Below the pieces are notes generated by a model. The model searched no databases. It had not been told where the DNA came from and saw nothing but the letters and a program-made list of their open reading frames with translations. DNA of 64,000 nt from a virus (lineage: Duplodnaviria; Caudoviricetes): positions 94,597-158,596 of IMG/VR virus record IMGVR_UViG_3300020050_012045, one strand, 5' to 3'. The first letter of the stretch is position 1, and each line of letters opens with the position of its first letter. The position numbers and the translations under genes are program-made. Positions 34,597-43,970 of this stretch are shown here, piece by piece.

Positions 34597-36003
34597 TTAG
34601 AGACTGCCGACACAGTTGTCAATCAATACTAATTTCTTAGGATCGAAGCACCGGAGGGTGGCAAAGCGAAAATACGCACGGGGTGCAGTCAAGTCCGTGT
34701 GTGCAAGTTCCTTGGAGCTGTAAGGCGCCAATTCTGGACAGTCATAGACGTCCGATTGTTGCAAGACACAGGTAACAAAGCCGGGCACTTTGTTGTTTCT
34801 ATCGGTGAAGGTAGTGGTCGCTGCACCACTGTTCACAACGCGACCGATGAAGCGGGTAACGGTGCTACCAGCTGCGGAACGGTACACGTTGAACCAACGG
34901 TTGTTGGTTCCTGGGGTGATGGTCAAAGCAACGGTTTCACCGGAAACACCAATGGTTGCGGTTTGGGTTGCAGTTGCGGCGCTCTCAGATAGCTCGTTTG
35001 ACGCAGAAATTTTGTAGGTGAACACTTGTCCAGCCACGAATGACGTACCAACGTTAACACCACCGAGAACAGGAACCGCAAACGAAGGAGCCGTAGGCGC
35101 ATTCGTCACGCCACGTGGAGCTTGTGGCTGGAACTTACCAGACAAGAACCGGCTGGACTTCAACTTGACTTCGCCTTCGCTGACAGATTGCTCTTTCAAC
35201 GAGGTACCAGTGCGCTCAACAACTGCACCTGGGTACATGACGCGCTGGTTCGACGCCAACATGATCTTATTGTATGCCGATTTCACGAATGGATCGACGC
35301 ACAGGACGTCAGCCGAACCGTGATTGATGTTGGAACGCAAGGCTGCGTCTTCGATCTTCTCTTGGGTCAGCGTGCCACCTTGATTGATGACCGAGCTAAG
35401 AGCGCCACCGTATGCCAAGAACATTTGGTCTTGTGCATTGGCTTGGCTGTCAGATTGACGAATTTGCGCTTGCAAGCCGAGGATAGCTGGATCTTGAGCC
35501 GACATTGCCAATGGGTTACCATCGAACACGCCAGCGTTAGAGAAGTCATCCTTACCACGGAAGAAGTCAAATTCAAAGTCACCAGCGAGACGCAAGTCAG
35601 CTGCTTCGCCTTCCATGTCTTCAGCCTTTTGGCCGTTCATGGTTTCGATGAGGTTAGAAGCCAACGTGGTACGACGGATTTCCGAGTAGAAACACATTGG
35701 TACACCAACGCGCGCTACGTCAGACGTCTGCTCTTGACCAACTGCTCCTTCGAGCTGGGCCGATCCGCCGAACTGACCGTAAGACAAACGACGTACGAAC
35801 TGAATCCAGGTGGACTTAGCTTTCTTGACCGTCATGTCTTTTTGCAAGATAATGTGTTTATCTTGGAAAGTTGTGTTAATGTATTGTGCTTCGCAGTCTT
35901 CGATCTGCGTTGCTGCACCTTGGCGCAACTGGTCAGGAGCAACGTTAAAGTTGCCTGCCTGCCACGCCTTTACGAGAGATTCAATTTCTTGTTGTGTTGC
36001 CAT
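34597..36003 (-). CDS. Major capsid protein (SPO1/Twort-like) with inserted Ig/FN3-like domain
   Basis: N-terminus LVK|AWQAG...QGAATQIED resembles Herelleviridae VVK|SFQTG...GALRRE; YKISA.N...ESA, FNVYRS insertion; position after scaffold. Confidence 0.9.
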   Translation of the reverse strand: MATQQEIESLVKAWQAGNFNVAPDQLRQGAATQIEDCEAQYINTTFQDKHIILQKDMTVKKAKSTWIQFVRRLSYGQFGGSAQLEGAVGQEQTSDVARVGVPMCFYSEIRRTTLASNLIETMNGQKAEDMEGEAADLRLAGDFEFDFFRGKDDFSNAGVFDGNPLAMSAQDPAILGLQAQIRQSDSQANAQDQMFLAYGGALSSVINQGGTLTQEKIEDAALRSNINHGSADVLCVDPFVKSAYNKIMLASNQRVMYPGAVVERTGTSLKEQSVSEGEVKLKSSRFLSGKFQPQAPRGVTNAPTAPSFAVPVLGGVNVGTSFVAGQVFTYKISASNELSESAATATQTATIGVSGETVALTITPGTNNRWFNVYRSAAGSTVTRFIGRVVNSGAATTTFTDRNNKVPGFVTCVLQQSDVYDCPELAPYSSKELAHTDLTAPRAYFRFATLRCFDPKKLVLIDNCVGSL

Positions 36004-36027
36004 AGTATGTGTTCCTAATTCCTTCGA

Positions 36028-36801
36028 TTATTTAAGCAAGTGGACAATATCGTCCAGCTTGGCTTGGTTTTTGAAATAGTTCGTGATCAGATTACGGTCA
36101 GACTTAGCGAGGTCGGTTTTAGCGACTTTCTTAAGCTTCTCGTTAATCTCGGACTTGGACAGGGAAGTTGCTGGCTTCTCGGTCTTGCCTGCTGCCATGT
36201 CATTGCCGGTGACAGCCTTACGCTGTGGGGCCGTAAACATAGACTTGAATGCTTCCACCAGGACGTCTTGCGACTTCTTGAGGGCATCAAACTCGTCTTG
36301 CAACTTCTCAGACTTCATTGCCATTTGCGCAGCTGGATCGACCGGAGCCGAACCTTCGCCAGGCATTCCACCAGCACCTGGACCAGGGGATGGTGACGCT
36401 GGAGCCATTGGGTCTTGGGCGCCAGCTTGGGCTTGCTTAGCTGCTTGGAATGCTTGTTCGTGCATTGCGAACTCTTCTGGGGAGAGCTGGCTGTAAGCAG
36501 AAACGAGTTCTTCCATCGTTGGAGGTTGGTCTTGCATCTCGCCGCCAGCCATTGCTGGGTCAGCAGGAGCAGCCGAGGCTTCTGGGGCTGGTGAAGCTTC
36601 TGGAGCAACAGCAGGAGCTGAGTCTTCCATGTCTTCGCCAGGTGCACCTTCAGCTTTGGCCGTGACTTCGCCGCATTTTTCCATATCTTCAGATTTCTTC
36701 AGCTGTTCTTGCAAGCTCGATTGCTCGGACTTGAGGACGGACTGCAAATCTTTTTCGATTTCGTCGATTGCGGCCTTCAATTGATCTTTGGTGTATTTCA
36801 T
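36028..36801 (-). CDS. Capsid scaffolding protein
   Basis: Ala/Pro/Glu-rich coiled coil upstream of MCP, with many xxKS motifs (VLKSE, LKKSE, AMKSE, LKKSQ, LSKSE, LAKSD). Confidence 0.75.
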   Translation of the reverse strand: MKYTKDQLKAAIDEIEKDLQSVLKSEQSSLQEQLKKSEDMEKCGEVTAKAEGAPGEDMEDSAPAVAPEASPAPEASAAPADPAMAGGEMQDQPPTMEELVSAYSQLSPEEFAMHEQAFQAAKQAQAGAQDPMAPASPSPGPGAGGMPGEGSAPVDPAAQMAMKSEKLQDEFDALKKSQDVLVEAFKSMFTAPQRKAVTGNDMAAGKTEKPATSLSKSEINEKLKKVAKTDLAKSDRNLITNYFKNQAKLDDIVHLLK

Positions 36802-36827
36802 CGTTTTCTCCTTGTTCCTCCTCCTTC

Positions 36828-37277
36828 TTAGGTCTGTGCGGTGAGTGGGAAGTACAGCGAAGCAACCAAAGACGCCTTCAAGTTGGCCGACGTGATGTCA
36901 GTCTCTTCAACAGCATTGGTGTTTGCGGTCATGTACAGTTCAACTTTACAGCCAGTTTTGTCGAGAACATGGAACAAAGGAAACTTGTTAGCTTCCAACA
37001 TCAAAGCCACGTTTGCGATCGTCGAGGTTTCGAGAACCACTTGAACGATATGTGGCGTGTACACTGGAGCTGCTTGACCGACCGAGTTCAGTTGCAGGGT
37101 TGCTTCTGGAACGATACGGATAAACGCAGACTGCGAGCCAGCGGCTAGGGAACCGAGGGTGATAACAGGATCACCAGCAGTGCCAGTTGTTTGAACGAGC
37201 GTCAGAGCAGGAAGGCGGAAGCCAAGCTCTTCTGCAATGTTCTTCTGAAGAACGGATGCCATTTTCGTTGATGCCAT
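36828..37277 (-). CDS. Putative capsid decoration/structural protein
   Basis: Start ATG 37277 with AGGAG RBS; Thr/Ala-rich; first gene of capsid operon. Confidence 0.55.
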   Translation of the reverse strand: MASTKMASVLQKNIAEELGFRLPALTLVQTTGTAGDPVITLGSLAAGSQSAFIRIVPEATLQLNSVGQAAPVYTPHIVQVVLETSTIANVALMLEANKFPLFHVLDKTGCKVELYMTANTNAVEETDITSANLKASLVASLYFPLTAQT

Positions 37278-37370
37278 TTTATTAACTCCTAAGATCGAGA
37301 TTGATCTAACGGATGAAAAATTGCAGGTGAGGTACGGAGCAGATTTTTGAAGTTTCTCTATGTTTTCCAC

Positions 37371-37398
37371 TTGACCTAAAATGTGGTTCTGGTATTAT
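37371..37398 (+). promoter_or_regulatory. Sigma70-type promoter, leaderless
   Basis: TTGACC-16-TATTAT with TG extension, 6 nt to ATG 37405. Confidence 0.7.
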
Positions 37399-37404
37399 CT
37401 GTTT

Positions 37405-37647
37405 ATGAGCAACGAATTCATCAGTGAGAGCCTCGATGAGCTTATACTTGCCCGGTGCCAGAACAGCGATTTGCAGAGAGCTGCCATATGGATGGCCAAC
37501 CTAGCGAACGCTCAAGATTTGGTATGTGACAGGGATGAGGTGGCGGTTAACGCCTGTTTGATGCATTTTAAGACGTTCGTCGAGACAACTGACCCTGATG
37601 CTATGGCTGGAACTGAACGTTTGCTGACTGATTGGATGGCCAAATGA
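37405..37647 (+). CDS. Hypothetical early protein
   Basis: Start from promoter geometry. Confidence 0.55.
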   Translation: MSNEFISESLDELILARCQNSDLQRAAIWMANLANAQDLVCDRDEVAVNACLMHFKTFVETTDPDAMAGTERLLTDWMAK

Positions 37648-37823
37648 AAGTTTTCATATTAAACGGTTGCTATGATTACGAAGGCGAGTACACTCTAGGG
37701 GTATACGCCTCTCTCATGAAGGCTGAGTCTGCTCGGGATGTGTTTAAGACCAAGGATCTGAGCTTTGATAGATATCAAATTGTGGAATTTGAGTTGGACG
37801 CACCGGCTGAGTATGTTTTCTAA
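37644..37823 (+). CDS. Small early protein (LGVY.S...A family)
   Basis: ATGA overlap; similar to 27343. Confidence 0.6.
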   Translation: MKVFILNGCYDYEGEYTLGVYASLMKAESARDVFKTKDLSFDRYQIVEFELDAPAEYVF

Positions 37824-37838
37824 AGAGGGTGGGTAATT

Positions 37839-38027
37839 ATGGAAGTTTTCGTGTTGCGTGGGGTGAACTTGTTTGAGGTTAAGGGTGGGATTATTTACCC
37901 AGTTTCGGCAGTTCTTGGAGCCTTTTCTTCGCTCAAGATGGCCGAAAAAGAAGGAAAGGCTTGTGTTGATGCAAAAAGATTTTCCGAATACAAAATCAAT
38001 ATAGTCACCTTAGACGTGCCCCAATAG
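37839..38027 (+). CDS. Small early protein, same family
   Basis: VFVL...LGAFSS...A. Confidence 0.55.
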   Translation: MEVFVLRGVNLFEVKGGIIYPVSAVLGAFSSLKMAEKEGKACVDAKRFSEYKINIVTLDVPQ

Positions 38028-38045
38028 ATTTGGACGGAATAAGCT

Positions 38046-38387
38046 TTACGGCTTCCCTGTGTGATTCCCACCTAGATAACACCGCTTGCAAACTCGCCTG
38101 CCTGGGTAGAAATCAATCCCCAGTTTAAGATCGCCACACGTTCGACAGCACTGTAGCCCGCCAAGGGCGTTGCATCCCCGACATAGCCCGTTAGCGTCCA
38201 ACCTACTTAAGGACAGACAGCCGATGCACTCGGTTTCTATCCCTTTTGTTTTTCTGCATTGTTTACAGTGAGAGTGGACTGGACGGTGGCGGTCAGTTTG
38301 AGGATGTCGATGGAAATCTACCTGGGGTTTAGTTTTCCCGCATTTTGCACAGGTGTAGCACTCCCCAGATGGTTTCAATGGTGTCAT
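38046..38387 (-). CDS. Multi-CxxC zinc-finger protein (HNH-associated type, no nuclease domain seen)
   Basis: CAKC, CKQC, CIGC, CRGC, CRTC, CKRC. Confidence 0.55.
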   Translation of the reverse strand: MTPLKPSGECYTCAKCGKTKPQVDFHRHPQTDRHRPVHSHCKQCRKTKGIETECIGCLSLSRLDANGLCRGCNALGGLQCCRTCGDLKLGIDFYPGRRVCKRCYLGGNHTGKP

Positions 38388-38634
38388 CGTGCCCTTGATG
38401 ATCGAATAGCCGGGCGATGGATAACGCCCGAATGGTTGGCGATGGATGGAAGCTAGTCTTCTTAAGCATCGGGACAGACAAGGTCGACACCAAGGTTTCG
38501 TCAATGACCTCAATCGCCAAACGACACCAGCCTTCATCGTACATAGACTCGGTTAGAACCAGATCGATAAGGATATCTGGGTAAGTCCGAGCGAAGTCTT
38601 CTAGGACTTCACGATTAGGCTGGAGAACCTTCAC
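38329..38634 (-). CDS. Hypothetical protein
   Basis: Coupled to GGDEF gene. Confidence 0.5.
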   Translation of the reverse strand: MKVLQPNREVLEDFARTYPDILIDLVLTESMYDEGWCRLAIEVIDETLVSTLSVPMLKKTSFHPSPTIRALSIARLFDHQGHDDTIETIWGVLHLCKMREN

Positions 38635-39269
38635 TTATTACCCTGAAGGTCGCGAATCGCAGTCTCGGCATCCTTCCAGCCGTCTGGAGCTTTAGCGTTC
38701 ATGTAGGTGACAGCAACTGTAGGCTCTTTACCTACTTCATGGAATCTGGTCGTTGAGCCGTCTGGATTGACCGTTTTTAGCTGCCCCTTGGCATCAATCA
38801 TGGCCTGTTCAGCTAGGTTTCTTGAATGGCCTAGGCCGATAGCTGCTGAGATAGCGTGGCCACCTGGGGCGTGCGGGCTAGCCTTGAATGCTTTATCTAC
38901 TTCTTTGATAAAGTTCTCAGCGTGGTGCGGCTGAAAGAACCAAAGCTTAAACTCATCTCCACCTGTTCGGAAGACGCGAGCACCATGGCGTTTGCCGACT
39001 TCGCCAATGATTTTGCCGGCTTCCTTAATGACACGATCACCTTGATGGTCGCCATATTTCTTGTTAAGGAGTCCAAATGAGTTTAGGTCTAGGTGACAGT
39101 GAACGCCGCTGTTTTCGTGGTTAGCAATATGATGTTCATATGCTAGGCGGTTGCGAAGAGTTGGAATCATCGAGTCGTTGAGAAGGAGCTTTTCAAGCTC
39201 TGTCGCGTCAGATTCGCCCGTATTCCCCTGTCTGACCCGTGTCAAGATGTCGTCTATTGGGTTTTTCAT
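38631..39269 (-). CDS. GGDEF-domain diguanylate cyclase-like protein
   Basis: TLRNR, LDLNSF..LN..YG..QGD, FRTGGDEF, ISAAIG, AEQAMIDAK. Confidence 0.85.
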   Translation of the reverse strand: MKNPIDDILTRVRQGNTGESDATELEKLLLNDSMIPTLRNRLAYEHHIANHENSGVHCHLDLNSFGLLNKKYGDHQGDRVIKEAGKIIGEVGKRHGARVFRTGGDEFKLWFFQPHHAENFIKEVDKAFKASPHAPGGHAISAAIGLGHSRNLAEQAMIDAKGQLKTVNPDGSTTRFHEVGKEPTVAVTYMNAKAPDGWKDAETAIRDLQGNK

Positions 39270-40714
39270 TTTGGGCTCAGTGATATCTTACCAGATCTAA
39301 TGTTCTGGAACAAGGATTCCGTATCCTGTGGTGACAGACTCTTCCCATCCAAGGTTAGGTGGTCGTGGGGGTAAACTAGAAGATGTTGGCGTTCGCCGTC
39401 TTCATTGATTAGCTCGTACACGTGTTCAGGCTCAGCTCTTGGGTGCTTGGCGTGGCCCTGCTCACGGGTAACCTGCATGTGAGGGTTGTGGAGGAGCTGG
39501 TACCAACGCTTGGCCGCTTTCTGAGTGACTGGTCCGTCTGGGAACTGACGGGCCAAGAAGTTGCGGTGATCTTCTAAGACGTACATAATGTCTTCATTGA
39601 TCATAACACGACCAAAGCGGAACGTCTGGTGATCTTCGTCACCGTTTCCAGGGAAGAGACCGTCAACGATGTAAATTCCGGGCTCAACTATCCTGCTGAA
39701 GTCAGGGATAATGACGCCTGGGATTTCAGCTTTGGCTAGAGATTTTCCGTTCAAGCTCTGAGTCAGAGGCTTCTTGGAATTAGCCAGTTTTTGAGCATGA
39801 GCTAGACGTTCCATTGCTTTGGCGACGTACTCTGGCGGAACTGAACTGTCAGTCAGCGATTGTTGAAGCTTGGCTGGATTAACAGCCTTAAGCCAAGATC
39901 TGGCTTCAGGGGTGAACTCTTGGTGGTACGGCATATAGGCCATGTAGCCAGCAGCGGGCGGATGACCACTGTCACTAAACGTATCGCCATGATCAAACAG
40001 ATGGAGCTTGCCGTTGTGAATTTTGTAGTTGCCATCATTACGATCGGAGTTACCAAGAATGAAATCGCCTAGAAATGCTTTTTCAAGGTCCGGTTGAGGA
40101 ACTGTTTTGATGGTTTGTGGAAGATCATCGAAGTGTGGGTGCTCGCCGTCAACCCACGATTGAACAGTAGCTGGACCACGATGAGTTTCGACAGATGTGG
40201 TTGTTGGAACAAAATCCAACCCCAGCCCGTCTTTGGACGCTCGATAAAAAGCGGCTTCACGAGCATGTAACGGAAACTCGGTTGCCCCAGTGACCAACGA
40301 TTCTTGAATGTCTGGCTCCGGGCTGTGTTTAATGAACACTCTTTTTCCGTCAACCCCATCCATGTGGTATGGAGGATTGTTGAACTCTTTGGCGTGAATT
40401 CCTTCACTAACCATTTTGCGGTCAGTCAGATTTTCAATATCCAACCCGTCAATCAGCTGGCGCTGGTCTTCGTTCAGTGGATGGTGCGAGTGCTCAGCGG
40501 AAAGAATGTGCTTCGGGTTGGACTTCTGTGCCGGAAGCTGGTTGACCTTGAACGACGGGCCTTCATCAGACTTGAGGGCTAAGCCTTCTTGTTTGCCATC
40601 CAGCGTGACATACCCGTTGGCAGTCTCTTTGATGATTGGTAGTTTTCGGCCATCGTGAAATTGGATTTCACCTGGTTTGTACCGAATGGACTTGTGCGAG
40701 ATTTCATCCGCCAT
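39266..40714 (-). CDS. PI3/PI4-kinase-like (HipA/CtkA-type) kinase cargo protein
   Basis: FIKH...REAAFY...FVPTT...DFILGNSDRNDGN...LFDHG; LAKAE linker. Confidence 0.8.
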   Translation of the reverse strand: MADEISHKSIRYKPGEIQFHDGRKLPIIKETANGYVTLDGKQEGLALKSDEGPSFKVNQLPAQKSNPKHILSAEHSHHPLNEDQRQLIDGLDIENLTDRKMVSEGIHAKEFNNPPYHMDGVDGKRVFIKHSPEPDIQESLVTGATEFPLHAREAAFYRASKDGLGLDFVPTTTSVETHRGPATVQSWVDGEHPHFDDLPQTIKTVPQPDLEKAFLGDFILGNSDRNDGNYKIHNGKLHLFDHGDTFSDSGHPPAAGYMAYMPYHQEFTPEARSWLKAVNPAKLQQSLTDSSVPPEYVAKAMERLAHAQKLANSKKPLTQSLNGKSLAKAEIPGVIIPDFSRIVEPGIYIVDGLFPGNGDEDHQTFRFGRVMINEDIMYVLEDHRNFLARQFPDGPVTQKAAKRWYQLLHNPHMQVTREQGHAKHPRAEPEHVYELINEDGERQHLLVYPHDHLTLDGKSLSPQDTESLFQNIRSGKISLSPK

Positions 40715-42944
40715 GGTATTTAGTAGCCAGAAGGCGAGGCGCCAAGTGAGCCAAAAACATCATGAGTGCCATTTTGTGGCCGTGCTGTTTAATCCACTGG
40801 TCAATTAACGGCAGGTTGGACTCAGACTTACCCAAGAAGTTCGACTGGCCGGAATCTGTCTTCCCTTCTGACTCCTCTTGCGACGGAATGGTCAGCCAAT
40901 GCAACATAGCAGCCGGGAATTGTGACTCATCAGAAAAGTTGTCAAAGTGTTCTTTGTGCTCGCCTGACTTTACATGCTGAAAAGCGTCATGGTTGTTGCC
41001 ATAGAACTTAACTACATCGTCCCACACTGTCGGATTAACAGCTAAGGCTTTTTGAATGGCTTTTAGGTTGGTCTGGTCATTGACCGAATCCAACCCAAAC
41101 ATAGAGCGGATAAGGTGAGGGTCTTGCGGAACAACGTTTCCTACACCAAGAGCGGCGATTGCGTACTGAGCGTTAGGCGTCGACACAGCGAACGGAGCAA
41201 CAGCTTCGTGGTGGTCGCCCATATACCCACGCCCATCATTCGAGTATTGCTGAACAAGACGACGCAAGTTGTCGAGCTTGGACTGGTCGAGTTCTGGCTG
41301 GGTTGTTAAATCAGCCGTTTCATTTGACAACAGCTTTGATTTTTCAACCGGGTGTTGGGCGAACTTAGACGCGATCTGGATAATTTCGTCTGGGGTCGAT
41401 TTGGCTCTTAAAGCCGAGTTCAATTGCTTCCAGCCAGCGACTGCACGCTTATGGAACGATGACACCAATGGATGCTGGGCGAATTCCTTGAATTGATCAG
41501 GATTCGACTGAGCAACAGGGAACGAGCCCTGTTGAATTGACAATGTACCAGACTCTGGGTGGAAGAACGCCGTTGTGGCTTCTGCGGACTTAGCAAGATA
41601 ATGCTCACTGGCGGTCAGCTTTTTAGGCATCGCCGACCAGCCGTCAGAATTGGGCGTTACCACTAAACTAGGGTCAGTCTGCAAAGTAGAGATAATCGAC
41701 TGAGACTTCTTCTTTTTGTCTTGAGGTGTCATCCACTTAGACGAGAACGCCTGAATGCCCTTTTTGTTAATCAAGTCGATTGGCTTGTTGGGTGCGATTT
41801 CTGGCTTGGTTGGAACATCATCAGCGGCTGGCTGATGACGGGTGTCTGCTGAAAAATTAGGCAGGGCTGCAATCGCCTTTTCGCGTTGCTGACTGGTCAA
41901 CGATAGCTGAGGTGTTGGTGGCTTAAGGGCAACAGTTGGAGCTAATGGCTCTTTAGGCTCTTGGGCTTGGAATTGTGGAAGCCTAGCTATTGCGTCCTCA
42001 AGTGCCTTACCTTTCATGAGAGAAGTCATGTGGTTCTGGAGTTCGGTCGCTTTTTTTAGACGGAGGGTATCTACAAGATCACAAAAGTGGTCAATAAAAG
42101 ACTGGGTAGACTCTGGCACTTTCTTTTGGAGGTGTTTGCTGAGTGGTGACTTTTTATCCCAGTCACGAAATGCAGCCGTCACTTTGTTCATGAACGTCTT
42201 TTTGACGGCAAAGTCTTCTTTTTGGGTTGCTGCACCCTGGGTCAGGGATGAAGGTGAGGCGGCGCCTGAACCGGCCATCCAAGCTTTCTCAAGTTCTTCT
42301 TCGGTCTTGAGCAGGTCATCGGGCGTGTCTGGGTAGTCGAACGTCATCTCAAACGAGACACCAGGCATACGGTACAAGCCGTTTTCCTGGTAATGAGACG
42401 GATCGTCACCCTTGATGCGTTTTTCTAGCTCTGCCTTTGGCTCTTCCATGACATCTGAGTTACATGAGCGGTTGCACGGCTTCATTGTGATGGCGACGTC
42501 ACGGGCAATGGTCTGTTTCAAAATTTGGGGGTTTTTATCGTCACGTTCAAGGGTAGAGCCGTCAATTGAGAACCTGGCCACCAGTGGAAGGTTTTGGGAT
42601 TTGTAGAACTTAATTTGGGCAGCTAGGGCATCAGCGGCGATATGTGGAGGATCTTGGGAGTCAAACAGCGCCCCTTCGATGTACAGGAAGGGAAGTTCTA
42701 CTTGTTTCCAGTATTTACGCTGGTTAGCGTTATCGCAGTCGGATTCTTTGAAGATTTTCTTAGCGAACGTGATGGCGCCAAGGATATCGAGCGGGGAAGC
42801 ACCGGAAGATTTTGGATTTCTGTGCTCAAAATTAAAGATTCCTTCACCAGCTTCCAAAGAAGAGATATCCATGCCTTCGATGGAGATTTTCTCGGCTGAC
42901 GTATCTAACGCCTCGGAAGCGGCTATGCCTGAGATTTTAAGCAA
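40704..42944 (-). CDS. Prohead protease fused to MCP-arm-like segment and C-terminal cargo domains
   Basis: ISGIAA....D...E, FNFEH, LYIEGAL, FSIDG, VAIT..PCN (HK97-type protease); TTG start with AGGAG. Confidence 0.85.
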   Translation of the reverse strand: MLKISGIAASEALDTSAEKISIEGMDISSLEAGEGIFNFEHRNPKSSGASPLDILGAITFAKKIFKESDCDNANQRKYWKQVELPFLYIEGALFDSQDPPHIAADALAAQIKFYKSQNLPLVARFSIDGSTLERDDKNPQILKQTIARDVAITMKPCNRSCNSDVMEEPKAELEKRIKGDDPSHYQENGLYRMPGVSFEMTFDYPDTPDDLLKTEEELEKAWMAGSGAASPSSLTQGAATQKEDFAVKKTFMNKVTAAFRDWDKKSPLSKHLQKKVPESTQSFIDHFCDLVDTLRLKKATELQNHMTSLMKGKALEDAIARLPQFQAQEPKEPLAPTVALKPPTPQLSLTSQQREKAIAALPNFSADTRHQPAADDVPTKPEIAPNKPIDLINKKGIQAFSSKWMTPQDKKKKSQSIISTLQTDPSLVVTPNSDGWSAMPKKLTASEHYLAKSAEATTAFFHPESGTLSIQQGSFPVAQSNPDQFKEFAQHPLVSSFHKRAVAGWKQLNSALRAKSTPDEIIQIASKFAQHPVEKSKLLSNETADLTTQPELDQSKLDNLRRLVQQYSNDGRGYMGDHHEAVAPFAVSTPNAQYAIAALGVGNVVPQDPHLIRSMFGLDSVNDQTNLKAIQKALAVNPTVWDDVVKFYGNNHDAFQHVKSGEHKEHFDNFSDESQFPAAMLHWLTIPSQEESEGKTDSGQSNFLGKSESNLPLIDQWIKQHGHKMALMMFLAHLAPRLLATKYHGG

Positions 42945-42966
42945 AATGGACTCCTAAGACCTTCCC

Positions 42967-42976
42967 TAAAGATTGT
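42967..42976 (-). promoter_or_regulatory. Putative late promoter ACAATCTTTA
   Basis: Upstream of protease RBS. Confidence 0.65.
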
Positions 42977-43024
42977 GGGCGAAACAACTTGCAATTTTAG
43001 CCGGTTTTTGATAAACGGGTGGGT

Positions 43025-43468
43025 ATGAAGACCTGTTTTATCATGCGAGGTTGTTCAGGATCGGGCAAGTCGACTGTAGCAAATCAACTTGTGGGGGTTG
43101 GAGTCATCTGCTCTGCGGATGATTTCTTTGTAGACCCTAATGGGGTTTACACCTTTGAAAAAGACAGACTAACTGACGCCCACAGAGCTTGCTGGAACGG
43201 ATTCCAGGGGAGCATCTATCTTGGTGCATCAGTAATTGTAGTTGACAACACCAATACAACAGAATGGGAGTGGTCACGGTACAGTAAAATGGCTGACGAA
43301 AGCGGCTATGAAGTTGTTTTCGTTGATTTTGCAGTCAACTTTGACCCAGTCACTAAAGAGCCATACGATCACTACGTGGATACACTTCACCAGCGCAATC
43401 GCCATGGGGTTCCACGAGAAACCATCCTTAAGCAGTGTAAAAATCTAATCAAAGAGCGAGGGTTCTAA
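43025..43468 (+). CDS. P-loop kinase (AAA_33/polynucleotide kinase-like)
   Basis: MRGCSGSGKST, CSADDFF, VVDNTN, RNRHGVP. Confidence 0.85.
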   Translation: MKTCFIMRGCSGSGKSTVANQLVGVGVICSADDFFVDPNGVYTFEKDRLTDAHRACWNGFQGSIYLGASVIVVDNTNTTEWEWSRYSKMADESGYEVVFVDFAVNFDPVTKEPYDHYVDTLHQRNRHGVPRETILKQCKNLIKERGF

Positions 43469-43716
43469 TGGCAACAAAAATGACTTCTGAGTCCGAAATT
43501 GTCCAAAACACAACCTTTCCACACAATGGCAAGGAAGTAATCATTAAGGTGACTAAACACGGGGTTTGGACGAAATTTAGTGGCCAAGCATGGAAGAACG
43601 CCATGTTCGCACCATGGTCGGCTGTCTATGACATGTCCGCAAAGTTGACTTTAGGGGTTTCGACCCAGCTAAAGCCGAGGAAAGCTAATCGTGGTCTGTT
43701 GGGTGTTGGCGGTTAA
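43468..43716 (+). CDS. Hypothetical protein
   Basis: 82 aa, coupled. Confidence 0.55.
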   Translation: MATKMTSESEIVQNTTFPHNGKEVIIKVTKHGVWTKFSGQAWKNAMFAPWSAVYDMSAKLTLGVSTQLKPRKANRGLLGVGG

Positions 43717-43745
43717 TGCCTAGGTGTGACGTATTTATCACAGTT

Positions 43746-43970
43746 TTAACAGTAGCTGGTTGGTCCAGAACCTGTTCCGATAATTCCAATAGCTGCTGTA
43801 CCTAGAGCGCCACTTGCTGCACCTGGAATGTCAAACCTGATAGGGGTTTGTTTGGTCAATACAAGTGCGATGTGGTCTTTAATCATCTTAGCTTGCTGTT
43901 CATTGATCGCTTTAGCGTCAGTCAGCTCTAAAAATCCCTGTAGCCAATACACGAAATTGATAGCTTCCAT
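43746..43970 (-). CDS. Conserved small phage protein
   Basis: F.YWLQGF.E...IKDHI.LV motif. Confidence 0.65.
   Translation of the reverse strand: MEAINFVYWLQGFLELTDAKAINEQQAKMIKDHIALVLTKQTPIRFDIPGAASGALGTAAIGIIGTGSGPTSYC

Noticed and set aside
35122-36018. 298-aa antisense ORF over the capsid gene, and other shadow ORFs
   Set aside because: Expected by-product of codon bias on the opposite strand; no motifs
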